A stretch of 64,000 bases of DNA from Lingula anatina (GCA_051362555.1 CM120647.1:7874001-7938000); one strand, 5' to 3'; counted from the first letter of the stretch, positions 1 to 16,200 are shown. Notes: generated by a model not told the origin, from the letters alone. Made by a program: numbers and translations.

Positions 1-534
1 ACCCGTACGACGAATGTTTTCAGGGGGGGAATGGGAAAAGTATGCACAGACTCACAAACTCACACTGCACGAAAATCAAAACTAGTATCTAACAGTTATT
101 CCGTTTAAGTCTCGTTCTATAATAATAATAATAAGTTTATTGAGCACTGATTGATATGAATACATTTGCAGGATCACCAGACTACATTATTTTCAAAATA
201 TATAAGGATATACATTCATATATGTTTACAAATGTAGTATGCTAAATTACACTTGTTAATGCATGTTATGCTATAAAATTAATTAATTAATTAATTAATT
301 AATTAAGCTATTTACAGCACCATCAACAATTAGTGGCTGTGATGTACTAAATTGCAGGTGAACTATGAATTTTAACAGCAGTCTTTAAAAATTCTGCTAT
401 TACTTTGAGACTTTTTCACAGGATGGATTAAGGAAAATTGACAATACCTGATTTACGACTTTCTTCACGGTTGAGAGTTAAGATAATACACGTATAATTA
501 AAATTTATTCATTTGGTTTTATTTTTCAGAATAA
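1..534 (+). CDS. 3' end of a small secreted EGF-like cysteine-rich peptide gene (partial; paralogue of the gene at 2827-5222)
   Basis: Reads (D)PYDECFQGGNGK from base 3, with the same DPYDEC motif and near-identical DNA to 2840-2860 on the - strand. Likely donor at 40 (A|gtatgc) and acceptor at 529 (tttttcag|AATAAAAG) give ...GNGKK*. Exon 530-590 is homologous to 2524-2465 on the - strand. Confidence 0.6.
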
Positions 535-1515
535 AAGAAGGATGCGAAGCCGTTTAATGTGACACTGCCAAAACCACAAATACTATAACCTCACTGGGAC
601 AGACTGCAGATTACGAAAATATCGTGGTGCTCTGTTATTAGTATTAAGTTACTGAAAAATCACTAAAACCATTGTAATTTGCCAAATATTAATTCACATC
701 CTTTACAAACAATAATACATTTGTCAAATATGCGAATTTTGTCTTAAAGGGGAACTGCAAAGTATATAATAGGTAATAAATTGTGCAATGAAAACGGATA
801 TGGGTGTTTGCTTTATTTATTCTATTCAATATTATTCTACAAAAAGATTCTATTTTGTTGTTTATACGCTTATATCAAAAGAGATGTTACTGTAGCACAG
901 GCACTTTTGAAAATGAATGATTACATGAGAAAAAAGGTGAAAATGCATAAATGAATAGAAAATAAATGAAAGAAGAAATAAATAGATAAATAAATAAACA
1001 TAAACAAATAAATATGAGGTATAAAACTTGCTTTTTGAAACGGCTACTGCCACTTATGGAACTTCATGTTCATGTTCAGTTTTCATTTAAAGGATTGTTG
1101 GATAATATAGATACATGTACAACACATTTATGGACCAATCTTTAATAATAATTGTAATAATAATGATAATAATTATCATTTTTCAATAAAATATGTATGT
1201 ACTGCCTAATACTTTTAGTATTACTTAAAAGTAAGTTTATTTCTCAGAAATGATATAGGGGACGTTGAAATAATAATATCAATGATAATAATTTTATTGA
1301 TCACAAAATTTTTTATCATGAACACACTCTTACAAATTTTAAGAAATATAGGCAATGAGATATCTGCCACTAATTGATTTTCACTAGATAGTCATAGATG
1401 TGTCTCTGGCTTGTTTTGTACAATTTTCTCTACTGTGTCCAATTTGTTTGTATGGGGCCGATTTTATCAATCAGGCGGCATCTAGTTCCGATGCTGTAAA
1501 TGAATAATAATAGTA

Positions 1516-1548
<33 letters not shown>

Positions 1549-1585
1549 TATTCCTATATGACGTATAAATGTATATGTACACGCA

Positions 1586-2225
1586 CAGGATGTTCCATTA
1601 AAAACGACCTATTTGACTTTCCATCTCAATTTTGATATACATGCATTTTGATATTTCAAACTTTCTTTCACTAAATTGTTCCATAGAGTGGCCATTTTAT
1701 CCTTGTAAATTCTGCAGAAATTTGAAACCTTAAATGTAGTCAAATTTCAATGATTGATAATGTGCTCTATCCACGCTCCTTGCTGCTGAATAACGGGGCC
1801 ACACGAACATTAAAATCTTGCAATGATGTCAGTAGGACTGTTTAGTAGACTGTATTCCCACAGATTTAGATCGATCCATCTGGATCGACCTAACTCCCTG
1901 GGGGTTCAAGCTAAATTGCAGTCAGCCGAGGTTAATTACCCCCTTACAGCTTTTAGTAGGCGGGACAGACATTTCAGCCGGCTAAGCTGACAGTAATCTA
2001 GTGAAACTCCCCACAGGGGATAGATCGATCTTAAATCTGTGGGAATACAGTCTTACTTCTCATTGTATGTTGGTCTTTGGAAGTTTCTAGAATTTGTTGT
2101 TTGTTAGCGTAGATTCTTTTCTCAAGGGCCCCCATAGGAAAAAAACTGGGGGGATTGAGATCTGGCGAATAAGATGGCCAAGAAAAGTCCGTGCGGCGTG
2201 TGATGATGATGTTTGAAACCATTTT
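1586..2225 (-). mobile_element. Degenerate Tc1/mariner transposon remnant, interrupted by a MITE
   Basis: ORF 2031-2222 contains WPSYSPDLNP (Tc1/mariner SPDLNP catalytic motif). Beyond the MITE the - strand reads QQQGAWIEHIINH*, like a transposase C-terminus. TIR-like CAGGATGTTCC at 1586. Confidence 0.75.
1847..2053. mobile_element. MITE family A, copy 1 (~210 bp)
   Basis: ~30-bp TIRs AGACTGTATTCCCACAGATTTAGATCGATC ... GATCGATCTTAAATCTGTGGGAATACAGTCT; internal sequence shared with 14213-14430 and 32263-32480. Confidence 0.85.
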
Positions 2226-2826
2226 ATAAATAATACGACCTTAAATGTATAAAAACAAACACAAATATCCGTTTTCAGCGAATATTTTATTACTCATTAC
2301 ACATCTTTTAGTCCCCCGTAAAAACGAACGAATTATTATATAGGATGTGAAGTGATTTTTGGTACAACACAGTTTCTTAGTGGTTACTGCAGTGGGGTTT
2401 TACAGAAGTTTAATAGTAATAATAGATCACCATGTATATATTTTTATCGTCTGTCCCATTAAAGCTATAGTATTTGTGGTTTGGGCCGTGGCACATTAAA
2501 ACGACTTTTCGTCCTTCTTTTATTCTGAAATATAAAAAAAGGAAATAAATAAATTTTAATTATAATATTTCAACTGTGAAGAAAGTCATGGAATAATAAC
2601 TATTTTTGTCATAATGTGTGACATAATATGGGAAAAACGCCAATTTATATTTTAATATTTTAGATATTTTTGTGTATGTTTTTAGGAGAGAGAGGGGGGC
2701 GAGAGAGAGAGAGAGATAGCAATATGAGGATATTTCAGTTGTGCAGATTAAGGCAGGACGCGTGTCAGATACTAGTTTAGATTTTCATGCGGTGTGAGTT
2801 GACATTCTACATACACTGTACTTGTC

Positions 2827-5222
2827 TCACGGAGTCTCCGTATAACATTCGTCGTACGGGTCACCACTGTAGTCTGGCGGGCACATACATTGCCACTTTG
2901 GTGCTTTACAGGCGCCGTTGTATCGAACCTTGAAGTTCGGTTCAAACCTCACGCATACTGCGTTTTTGCCACAGAAAGGTGGTTTTGCGTTGCCTGCTGA
3001 AAATGAAAAAGACACACTGGTAAATATTCACTATATTATTTAAAAGACTACCTAGATGTAAATCTAAGACAGCATCCACAACCAGTTGATCCATGGACTA
3101 AATGATGCGTGGGTCAAATATCGCCCGATCCACTTGAAAGTGTGACGAAATTTAAGTGTTCTGCCCGTGCTGGGACACCGCGCGTTGGAGTCAGGAATCC
3201 ATTGTAAAGTGTGCCCCATTTTTGATCTGCTGCCTAGTAAGTCCGCACATCAACTAGTTCTGAATGCGCCCTATGCTTAATCATACTTATATACAGGACA
3301 TGTATCTGAATTGAAAACTAAATATAAAATATAGAAGGGTATACGACAAATCAGTGTGTGTGTATGTGTGTGTGTGTGTGTGTGTTTTTGCACGCACGTG
3401 TGTGTGCCTGTAAACAAATGTATTTATGATGTTTGGAAATAAATCAAGAATAGGTAGGGGAGACCGGGGCTAGTTGGACCCCGGGGTAAGTCGGCCCCCC
3501 TGTAAATTTATGAAAAAGTAACTACGAGGTAAAAAAATTGGCCACATACTCTTGTAAAGTGACCGTAGCCTACAATGCTAAGGCAGTGTCGGACGTTAAA
3601 AAGTTTTACTTAAGCGGTGAGTCGAAATAAACTTTTTTTGCACCTAAAAGTAGTTTTGTTTAAGAGATTTAAAAATCTATTTTCATATGCTTTTGATCGA
3701 ATATAAGATATGTATAGGGCATCAAACTGAAGCTCATTGTTTCAAGTTTCACGGAGATGTATCATCGTTGCTCATTCTAGCACCATAATTGGCTAACATC
3801 CTTTAAAATAAATAATGTGCACCCGGGGCTAGTTGGCCCCCATGACTCGGGGCAAGTTGGACCCTCACATTACCCACAATCCTTTGCGCGCAACGCTGTT
3901 TGAAATAAACAAGTTGGTGAAATTGACAAAGCTTGCCGGTGTTTACCGTCTGATTGATTTTATTTAATTTGCTCTCCGGTGCTTTTTTGAAAATTTATAT
4001 TAGAAATGTTCTGTTGATTGTATGTATTAAAAAGTAAATCCATTGGACTTTCCTTAGAAAAACATTTATTTTGCCTTAATTCATTGTAAGGGGATTCCCT
4101 TTGCATTTAAAGTGTTATATGTGGCCCCAAGGGGATTTTCCACCCCTCCCTAGAGAGAGACCATTGTTGAAACAAACTCAGTGGTTTAAAACTGAATTTG
4201 TTACTTTCTTTTAATACGAAATTTATTATTCGTTTTCAATTATTAAAAACCTGCAGCTTTATACCATTATTAATTTATTCTTAATTAAAACAAAACAAAT
4301 TTTATTGATAGATATTTTGGTTCTTGCAACACATACCCCCCCCCCCCCCCTACAACGTGACGTACGGAAACCTAAAAAAAATCTGCCTCATTTGAACTAT
4401 TTATTCATCAAAGACTCAAAAATCAATTTAATAAATTAAAAATGTATAAAAATGTATTTCAAGGCGTGTACATGGGATATATTCTTCATTTTCGTATAGG
4501 GGGGCCAACTTGCCCCCCTGACGTCAACTGCGTTTTTTGTCAAATCGTGAGCCATCTGGGATTATGTTTGAAAAATAATGGCGTTGCATACGTAGCTTAG
4601 TTCATTGGGCTTACTTTGAAACCAGTTTTGTTACTCTAACCCATTCCTAGTTGGCTCTACAAGGCCAAAAGTGTCTAACGGGGCCAACTAGCCCCGGTCT
4701 CCCCTAATCTCCTGGCACTGACAACACACTCTCTTGTCAGATATGGGATTTTCTAGGCTAAATGACTAAAAGATTCAACTTATAGTAAATTATAATGAAT
4801 AATGTATAATTCCGTCAGCTCTTCATTATGAACTTACACTTTTCCTAACAAATCTGAATTGCAAAAGCACGTGTTAGGGCACCAGAGATATAAATGCACA
4901 GTCTGGAATTTTTAGAGATTATTACAAAAACCAAAATTAAAAAACCTTGAATGTAGGAACGGATTAATTTTATTGGTAAGCATGGGAAAATCGTCGTTTA
5001 ACCTAGGCAGATCCGCTTTATGCCACGTTTCCTGACAAAATGAACAGTTGTTACGTGTATCCTTTTAATGTCAATGCCATACTGGTAACTGAAAGAAAAT
5101 CGGGTTTTAAAAAGCAAAATCAAAATTGTGATATCAAGCAATTTGTCGTTATACTTGCATATGTAAAACTTACCCACAAACAACAAGCTAAGACACAAGG
5201 CAACAATCAAAAACGTCTTCAT
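2827..5222 (-). CDS. Small secreted EGF-like cysteine-rich peptide precursor, 72 aa
   Basis: Exon 5222-5174 (MKTFLIVALCLSLLFV, signal peptide, G|gtaag) joins exon 2996-2827 (ttttcag|; AGNAKPPFCGKNAVCVRFEPNFKVRYNGACKAPKWQCMCPPDYSGDPYDECYTETP*); phases match. 6 Cys, with CGxNAxC and CxCPxxYxGDPYxxC EGF motifs. A further 3'UTR exon starts at 2524. Confidence 0.8.
3457..4704. mobile_element. Non-autonomous DNA transposon (~1.25 kb) with TA target-site duplication, in intron 1 of the peptide gene
   Basis: TA|GGGGAGACCGGGGCTAGTTGG ... CCAACTAGCCCCGGTCTCCCC|TA, perfect 21-bp TIR. Internal TIR-like subrepeats near 3483, 3824, 3849 and 4499. No ORF. Confidence 0.9.
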
Positions 5223-5957
5223 CTTTTTCCTGCAGTTTTTCGAACCGTTATTTCTTCCCCTGGCAGTGCAAACTTAAACCCGATTTGGCTTATTTGAGGA
5301 AACTTTAGAGGGAACTTGTATTTATACCAACAAATACGGTATAATTATGCAGGGGACAATGATATGAGCAAGGCGAAATGAAAGCTGATTGGACTAACTT
5401 CATGTCCATTATGAAGGTGAGCTAGCACACAGTTAAAAAGACATTAACCTATGGTGTTTTAAATTCAGTTTACTCTTTAAAGTTGTGTCAAGGTATAATG
5501 GCCAGTGGAAAAAGGACATTTGACTTTTTTGACGTCAATTCATGGCATTTATCTGGACAAATAATGATATAAACGCTGTCTGGTATTCAGATAAGGTCAA
5601 AAATCGTGTTAAAAATGCTGTTGTGTCTCATATAAAGTTCATGTTATCTTATTTTTTAATAAATATTATTAGGGGTGACTTTTCTGGCTTGCGATTCTTT
5701 TAAGGATTGACAGTTTAATAGCAAAGAAGTGAGATTTACAATTTAATATAAACAAAGGTAACTTTTATCTCTCGTAACTTTTGGGAGCTTTACAATTTGA
5801 CACCAAAAGAAGTGAGATTGACATTCTACCACAAAAAGAAGTATTTTATGTACTTAATGTGCTTTAAAATTACCTTGTCACTTAAAGTACATGTAATTTT
5901 AATACAAGTATTTTTTCACTAAATATCTCAATTTTTTATGCCATTTGGCATCAAAAG

Positions 5958-6009
<52 letters not shown>

Positions 6010-6299
6010 TAATGAATATTTGTGTTGGTTTCCAGTGCAACCCAGTCTGTCTTAAAGATTGTGGAAGTGGAATTTTACAGAAATGCTCATAGTACATGTA
6101 TATCAACGTGGTCTTTTTATCGTTCACAGTTTGTCCCAATAATGCCATTTGTGGTTTTGGTCTTGTCACAAAAAATGCGCTTTTCGCCCTATTATCATTT
6201 AATGAAAACTAATGAATATTTTAATGTTTCACCTTAGAAGATATTTCAGTTGTAAAGAAAGTACCCCAGTTGTGGAACAAATTCCCAGCAACCACAGAA

Positions 6300-7350
6300 A
6301 GTTTTGTAACAAAACCATAAAGCTATCTTAACGCTATTGGTTATATTAACCTTAGCCGGCCCGAAAACGCGGCACGCTTTCGTCAAACAGCCGTAGAAAG
6401 ATTTTGTATGGTTGCACGAATGGAAAATTAATCGCCACAGATTTGGGAACATCTTCGAATTGATGAGAATTAATAAATATATAAATCATAATTACTCTTA
6501 GTCAAAAAGGTTGTTTCACTCCAATGCCACGCTGATGCTAGTTGTGTGTGTGTAAATTTGGAGATTTTTTTTTTTTGACTTTATGGACATTATTAACCTG
6601 TGTGGAAATCAATGTGGAACATCAGATTTCAGAGATTTGAGGGGGTGCATGCTGTAAATTCGAATAAAAGGCATAAAAATTAAGGATATGTATATCTTTA
6701 AAAATGTTTATCTTCACGGTATTTTGCGTTTTCTGTACCATGTGTTATGTTAGCCATGGTATGTGGAATAAAAGCGCTGTTCAAATTTGCTAACAGATAC
6801 GAGATTATCGTTTGTGAAAAAAAAAATAAATAAATAAATGAATGAATAAATAAAAAACTTATACCTGTATCTAACCGTGTAACCTTGTTGTTTGACTGTC
6901 GATCCGTGTTCAACCGTTCTTTGGCCCAAAAACGCAACGCGTTTTCATCAAACAGGCATAGCAAGATACTGTATGGTTGGACGGATGGTATGTTTAATCG
7001 TCACAGATAACGAATTAATGCGAATTAATAAGTATGTACTCTTAGTCAAAAAGGTTGCCCCACCCAAATGCCTTGCTGATGCTAGTTGTGGTGTGTAGAT
7101 TTTTTTTTTCTTATGATGGACATTTCTAACTTTTGGGGAAAACACTGTGTAACATCAGATTTCAGAGATTTGAGGGGTTGCATGCTCAAATTCGAAAAAA
7201 AAATGGTAAAAAAAAATAAAGATATGTATATCTTCACCGGTATTTTGTGTTTTCTTTACCATGAGTCTATTAGACATGGTATCTGGAATAAAAGCGCTGC
7301 TCAAAATTGTTTGCAGATATGAGTTGATCGTTTGTAGGAAAAAAATATTT
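6300..7350. repeat. Diverged tandem duplication, ~550-bp period
   Basis: Blocks such as TACTCTTAGTCAAAAAGGTTG, GCTGATGCTAGTTGTG and AACATCAGATTTCAGAGATTTGAGGGG occur at both ~6492-6650 and ~7037-7180. Confidence 0.8.
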
Positions 7351-8377
7351 GCAGAATTCAAAGCATTTTAACTGCCAATATCCTAACAGCGTATAAAATG
7401 GCAGATACTACTTAACGACGCTCTCCCGGCGAGGTTTCTCTTAAATATTACTTCTTTGACCTAAATTACCATAAAGGTGTGGATTCCGTATCCAAATGAT
7501 TGTCTAATTAAATTTTGCTTAGATAACGAAATTTAACTTTCGTGAAAGTTTTTGGTAAACCGTTGACATATAACTGATTGTTATACATTATACTCAAATA
7601 TCTCCGACGGTTTTGTTATGATGCTCGAGTTCTTGGCAGTCATAGGGTATTTGGATACGGTGAAGACCAACCTTTACCTTGTTGACGAGCTCCGGTCTGT
7701 TGATAATGTAGCAATTAAAATCCAAACTGTTTCTTTATTTGTTGGTTAAACTTCTACTAACCACTTGGGCGGAATGTGCAGTCTATTTTACTGCACATTG
7801 ATTTGGCCTGTCATAATAAATTATCCTAAACTAGAGTTATATTGCAGTAATTAGATGAAGTCGGACCTGCCTAGCGACGTCATATTGTCCGCCTCACTGG
7901 ACGGGAATGGTGGTCCGCTAGGAACCGTAGTCCGTTCCCCGTCTCATATACAGCATGTAATCCCAATATTACGACTAATCCCAACCTGTCCTAATCATAT
8001 GGGAGCCCGGGCTTTCATTTCATTCCTTTCAACGTTTGAAAATGTCCCAAAATCATACCCTAAGTCTGTCTATCCTGCAAAGCTACTTCTCTTTCTAAAT
8101 TCAGTCCTTCAAATAAACAATTTGAGGTTGATATTTCCTTGTGAACTTTACCTTCATTTCTCTCTGTTAGGTTCTCCGTTTATCATACCATTATTTATTA
8201 TCCCCCTCCTCTCCCCCTCCCAAACACACACACGCACGCTCACTTTAGCTTAAAACTGTTTTTTTTTTTTTTTTAATAATATTAACTACCCAAAACCACA
8301 TGGGCTCTGCACAAGGTTTCTCCTCATCTACTCTTTCACAAAAAAAAAAAAATAATAATAATAATAATAAATAAATA

Positions 8378-8413
<36 letters not shown>

Positions 8414-9257
8414 AGTAAATAAATAAAAACTGCTCTTGGCAATCTGTCCGTACGCAAGAAATGGCACTCGAGATAAGCAGACCCCCGTTCAAATATTTAG
8501 TAACGTTTAATTTTTAATCTGCTCCCAATGTTACATGCATAATTTAACCAAATAATTTCTCGATGCCAACTGATTCTTTTTTCCGAAATCATAAACGCAA
8601 CTACACTAGTAAGTTAATGTACAAAGTATGTCATTGATGAGGTCTTCACAGTTTTTAATAGATTCTATAAAATAGAAAGGCCTTCTGGCGGGCAAGTTCA
8701 CAGTTTTGACTGTATCGGTGTTTCTTGGAACTTCATTTCATTATCTAGACGGTGATCGATGCTCTGAATGTGCTATCTTGGCATTTCCTTGTATTATTTT
8801 TCTTCGACCGCATTTATTTTGAATATATTCTAATTTAATCTAGTTTAAACTAAATGCTAAAATAATTTATTTCATATTCATGATAGTTGACCCGGTAAAA
8901 GATGCGAGATTCATACTTGTTATCAAACATTTTTTTCTGTAGGGTAAACTGCGGAGAAATATCCCTTAGTGAAATAAAACTCTGTGATCCCTGTAGAGGG
9001 TTGTCAAATACAGTAATTAAACTGTTGTATGCAGACTCTTTCCCCAACATGAAATATTACCACAGGTATTTTCTTTTTACCAGTTGCCCATTCCGTTACC
9101 TTTTCACATGGTGCCGTGGGGTTTTTAATGAAAAAAAAACAAGAAAACACAAGATATTACACAGTTCAATCTTTTATTACATCATGAACCAAATATGAAC
9201 AGAATTCTCAATTTGTGATGGTCGTCTGTGTATAAAGATGGCGCCACTAGTCTCGGT

Positions 9258-12343
<3,086 letters not shown>

Positions 12344-12493
12344 TTTCAGACTTTTATGGGACTAGTTTAATCTGAAATACAAAATAGGCGAGTTAAATAC
12401 TATGCATTCGTTTGTTATATCCAGTATGTTTTATTGTGAGCGATATATTTTCACAGAAATTTGCAATAAATTGGAGCTCTTTCCACTCCCTAC

Positions 12494-12658
12494 CTAGTGC
12501 CTTTGTCACGTGGTCAAGAAAGGCCGATTTCCCACAATTCACAGCAAAGCTCGCGAGACATTCCGAGATACGATGGCCGGCTTCGAAAAAAGTTGAGGCT
12601 GATTGATAGAAATTTGCTGTATTAAAATACTTATTCGTGCAATTTCCAGTCAACGAAG
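12494..12658. promoter_or_regulatory. Compact bidirectional promoter RPL30/WDR35 with TCT (5'TOP) initiator
   Basis: - strand CCTTTCTT (TCT motif, +1 about 12522) is followed by 5'UTR exon 1 and donor G|gtaggg at 12493. CTCGCGAGA at 12550-12558 is a near match to the TCTCGCGAGA motif. CACGTG at 12507-12512. CpG-rich. WDR35 ATG at 12659. Confidence 0.75.
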
Positions 12659-13265
12659 ATGTTTATTTACTTGAGCAAGAAGGTAAGGCTACTTTGCAAA
12701 AAGAAAGGGGGATTCTGATGCTGCTTTTTTGTAGAGATAATTGGTGAAGTTTGGTTGCCAATGAAGCTCTACAGTACTTATCTCAAGTAAAGCCTTACAG
12801 CCAGTAAGTTGGCAGTCAGATACACTCTGTAAATATCGACAGGATTAGGATCGTTTGCTTCACTTAACGGTTGAAGGTCCATTGTGCCAAAAGATTGGTT
12901 TACAAATGACAATATTTTTTTAAATTAAAATAAAGGAGAGAAATGTAGCGATTTGGGTGGTGCATTTGATGATTTGCTTAAAATTTTAACTGCAATACAA
13001 TGTTGACAAGTGTTTACACCAGTCATCACAGTACTAGTACTCCTTTTGAATATTACTGTCATTAGAGTTACACATGGTATCATAGAGTTTTATTTTACAG
13101 CAATTTTGCTATGTGACTTTCAGATTGCCATCCCAAACAACACCACTCTGAGGTGTGTAGCCTGGAACAGAGAGCAGGGGTACATAGCCTGTGGTGGGGA
13201 GAATGGACTGCTTAAAGTACTGAAACTTGAGACTGCCACAGGTAACAAACTATACATATCTTTAA

Positions 13266-13296
<31 letters not shown>

Positions 13297-16200
13297 ACAC
13301 ACACACGTACACACAACAGAAACATAATCTGTGGAGGAAAATGGACTACTTAAAGTACTAGAGCTTTAGACAGCCATGGGTAACAAACAATTCCTTCTTC
13401 TCTACCCCTCCACATTTTATGATCTGAATTGGGAAAAAAACGTTTAGACTAGGAAAATGACTTAAAAGTATATAATATTGATATGACTATTTAATTATCA
13501 ATTTTTTCAAGGTAAAGATGCCAAGGTAAAGGGTTTGGCTGCTCCCAGTAATCTCTCCATGAATCAATCACTGGAAGGGCACAGTGGTAAGGAAATTATA
13601 TGAAAATTATAAGAAAATAATTAGAAAATTATTGAAAATTGTTATTAGATATCTGTTTATCGGAAGAGTTTCATCCGCTGTGTTTTGCACCATGATAAGA
13701 TTAAAGCAGCAATAAGATAAGATCAATAACAACACAGTATATTACCATTAATGCTTATTATATGAGGCAATGCAATTACCATTTTAATGTTTTTATTTAT
13801 TACACTTACAACACTGTCACAAATAATTGTATTGGTGGTCTTTAGATTCAGTTTTTGTAAAAATCTATTTAGAATGATAAGTACATATAACATGAGTGAA
13901 TGCTGTGTTTAACTTTCTCTTTGTCAGCAGATTCATTTTTTAAATTCATGCTCTCACAAAGTTTTTGTTGTGTAATTTGTCATTGTTTTATTTAATAATT
14001 TAATTTGATTAAGATTATTTAGATATGTAAAAAAGAGAAAATTTATCCCAAGGTAATCCTTGTGTCATTTGTTTTAAACATGATATCCTTATTTGCAGTT
14101 CCAGGTTCCACAGAATGTAGTAAACTTTCAATTCTTTATGATCGATAAAATGAATAACTCTGGTACTTGAACTTACACTAAGCAACGGACCGACGCTGGG
14201 GCCTCAACCTATGACCCCATTCCCAGAGATTAGATAGATCTACTTTAGGTCGACCTAACTCCCTGGGGGTTCACGCTAAATAGCTGTCAGCCGAGCGGAC
14301 ATGAAAGTTAATTACCCCCTTACAGCTTGTAGTAGGCAGGACGGATATTTAAGCTGGATTATCTGACAGTAATCTAGTGAGACTCCCCGCGGGGATAGAT
14401 CGATCTAAAAGCTCTGGGAATACAGCCTAAGACCTTTCTTTGATACTCTGCAAACTGTTATCTTCCCCAGCTACAGTTAAAATATATTTAAAATGATATA
14501 CATGTACATATGACATTCATTTTGTTAGCAAAATTCATTTTCTTTTCAACTCATGCTCTCACAAAGTTTTTATTGCCTTATTTGCCACTGTTCTATTCAA
14601 TAACTTAATTAAGATTATTCAGATATATCTATGAGAGAGAAAATTTATCCCATACTGACCCCAGTGTCATTGAGATTTTTTTTTCAGTTCCAGGATTCAC
14701 GGAATGCAATAAATAAACATTCAATTCTTTATACAAATACTTTATGAACTATTATCTTCTCCAGCCGCTGTCCAGGTGATCACGTGGAATGAGCACTACC
14801 AGAAACTGACCAGTAGTGACCAGTTTGGCCTCATCATTGTCTGGATGCTTTACAAGGGTAAACAGCCTAGATAGACCCCTAACATCAAAACAGTCTTCTC
14901 TCTGATAGTTCTCATAGCTGTTGAATGCCTGTGTTTGTCTTTATCTTCTGTTTAGATAGCCAATGTATTGTAGATGCTCTACTAGGGAAAGCAGCATTAA
15001 CTACTCATAATACTAAATTATTATAAAGATACAATGGCAGATCCAGATTTCCTTACCCCCCCCCCCCCCCCCCAAAAAAAAAAAAAAAAATCTATTTATG
15101 CACTTCACATATTATAAATTAAGGTAAAATTGCCCTCTCCCACTATTGCATATTTTTTGCTTTGTTTGTAAAAATAAATTATTCTTTGTACCCTTATCTT
15201 CCTCCTCTCCCTCCTTTATCAAAATCCTGGATCTGCCAGTGTAGGAAGTTTGCTCTAACACTGTCATTCCCTCCTGTATAGATATACCCAATGTCCAGGA
15301 ATGCCTCAGTTGCAGTGGCTCTGCTTTTTTTCTTACATCTCTGAGCTTCAGACTGATGCTTGATCCAGCCTCTTCAATTTAAAACCTGTGTGTGTCTTTA
15401 AAGTACTGTGACATTCAGCATCAAGTTTGATTGAAATTGACTATGCTTTATTATAAACCTTGAACTAGTGTTGCTTTGTTGACCTTATATCTGCTTGTAG
15501 ATGCATTGCAGTGGCTAGCTGGGGATTTTCTAATTATAATTCTTTATTTTATGCAGGTAAACTAGAGAGTGAAGTATAATTTTTTTTCCTTGCCATCCCC
15601 TCATTATACTGACTAAAACCTACGTTTCAGAGTGGATGCTGGACAGTTTCTTTGTTTTGAAAGAAACCGTGCATGTCTCCTTGTTGTGAACTTAATGGAC
15701 TAAATGCCTCAAAATAATCCTGTAATTGTGTTCCTTTTTCTATTCCCTACCCTTTTCTTATTTTTGTAACTTTTTTAACCTGACATGGCAGAGGAGACTG
15801 TCAATACTGTGGTGTGGAATCCATCCTCACTGCGTTTTTGCTCTGTGGACGATGCCAACCTCATAATCGTATGGGTTGAGGAGGAGACAGGTGCATGGTG
15901 TGAAATATTTTTCATGCACTTCACACATGAGAGGATCACCGTATAGCTTTTGGCATATTTACAATTTATTTTATTTCCATTTTTTGTGCTTTGGTCTTAG
16001 TTATCATACAATTTATTTTTGTCATTTTTTTGCTAATTTATTTTATGATTTTTTTTAATATTTATTGATTTTTTTTTTTTTTTGGGGGGGGGGGGGGGGG
16101 TATTAGAGGGGATTGCCAAAGAAAGCTTCACCTTAGTGATCTTCCTTTTGTGCAGTAATTTATTTCGTTTCATTTTATTTATTTTTTTCTTTTAAAAAAT

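Noticed and set aside
2815-2829. TGA read as selenocysteine or readthrough, since the paralogue has TGG at the aligned position
   Set aside because: No SECIS identified and the EGF domain is already complete; a simple stop is more parsimonious.
7855-8253. 132-aa ORF, and other listed short ORFs such as 35555-35911, 36027-36446, 45496-45873 and 47584-47961
   Set aside because: No recognisable domain or exon context; mostly low-complexity, antisense or chance ORFs.
12754-12767. RFX X-box for WDR35 (GTTGCCAATGAAGC)
   Set aside because: Only the left half-site matches.
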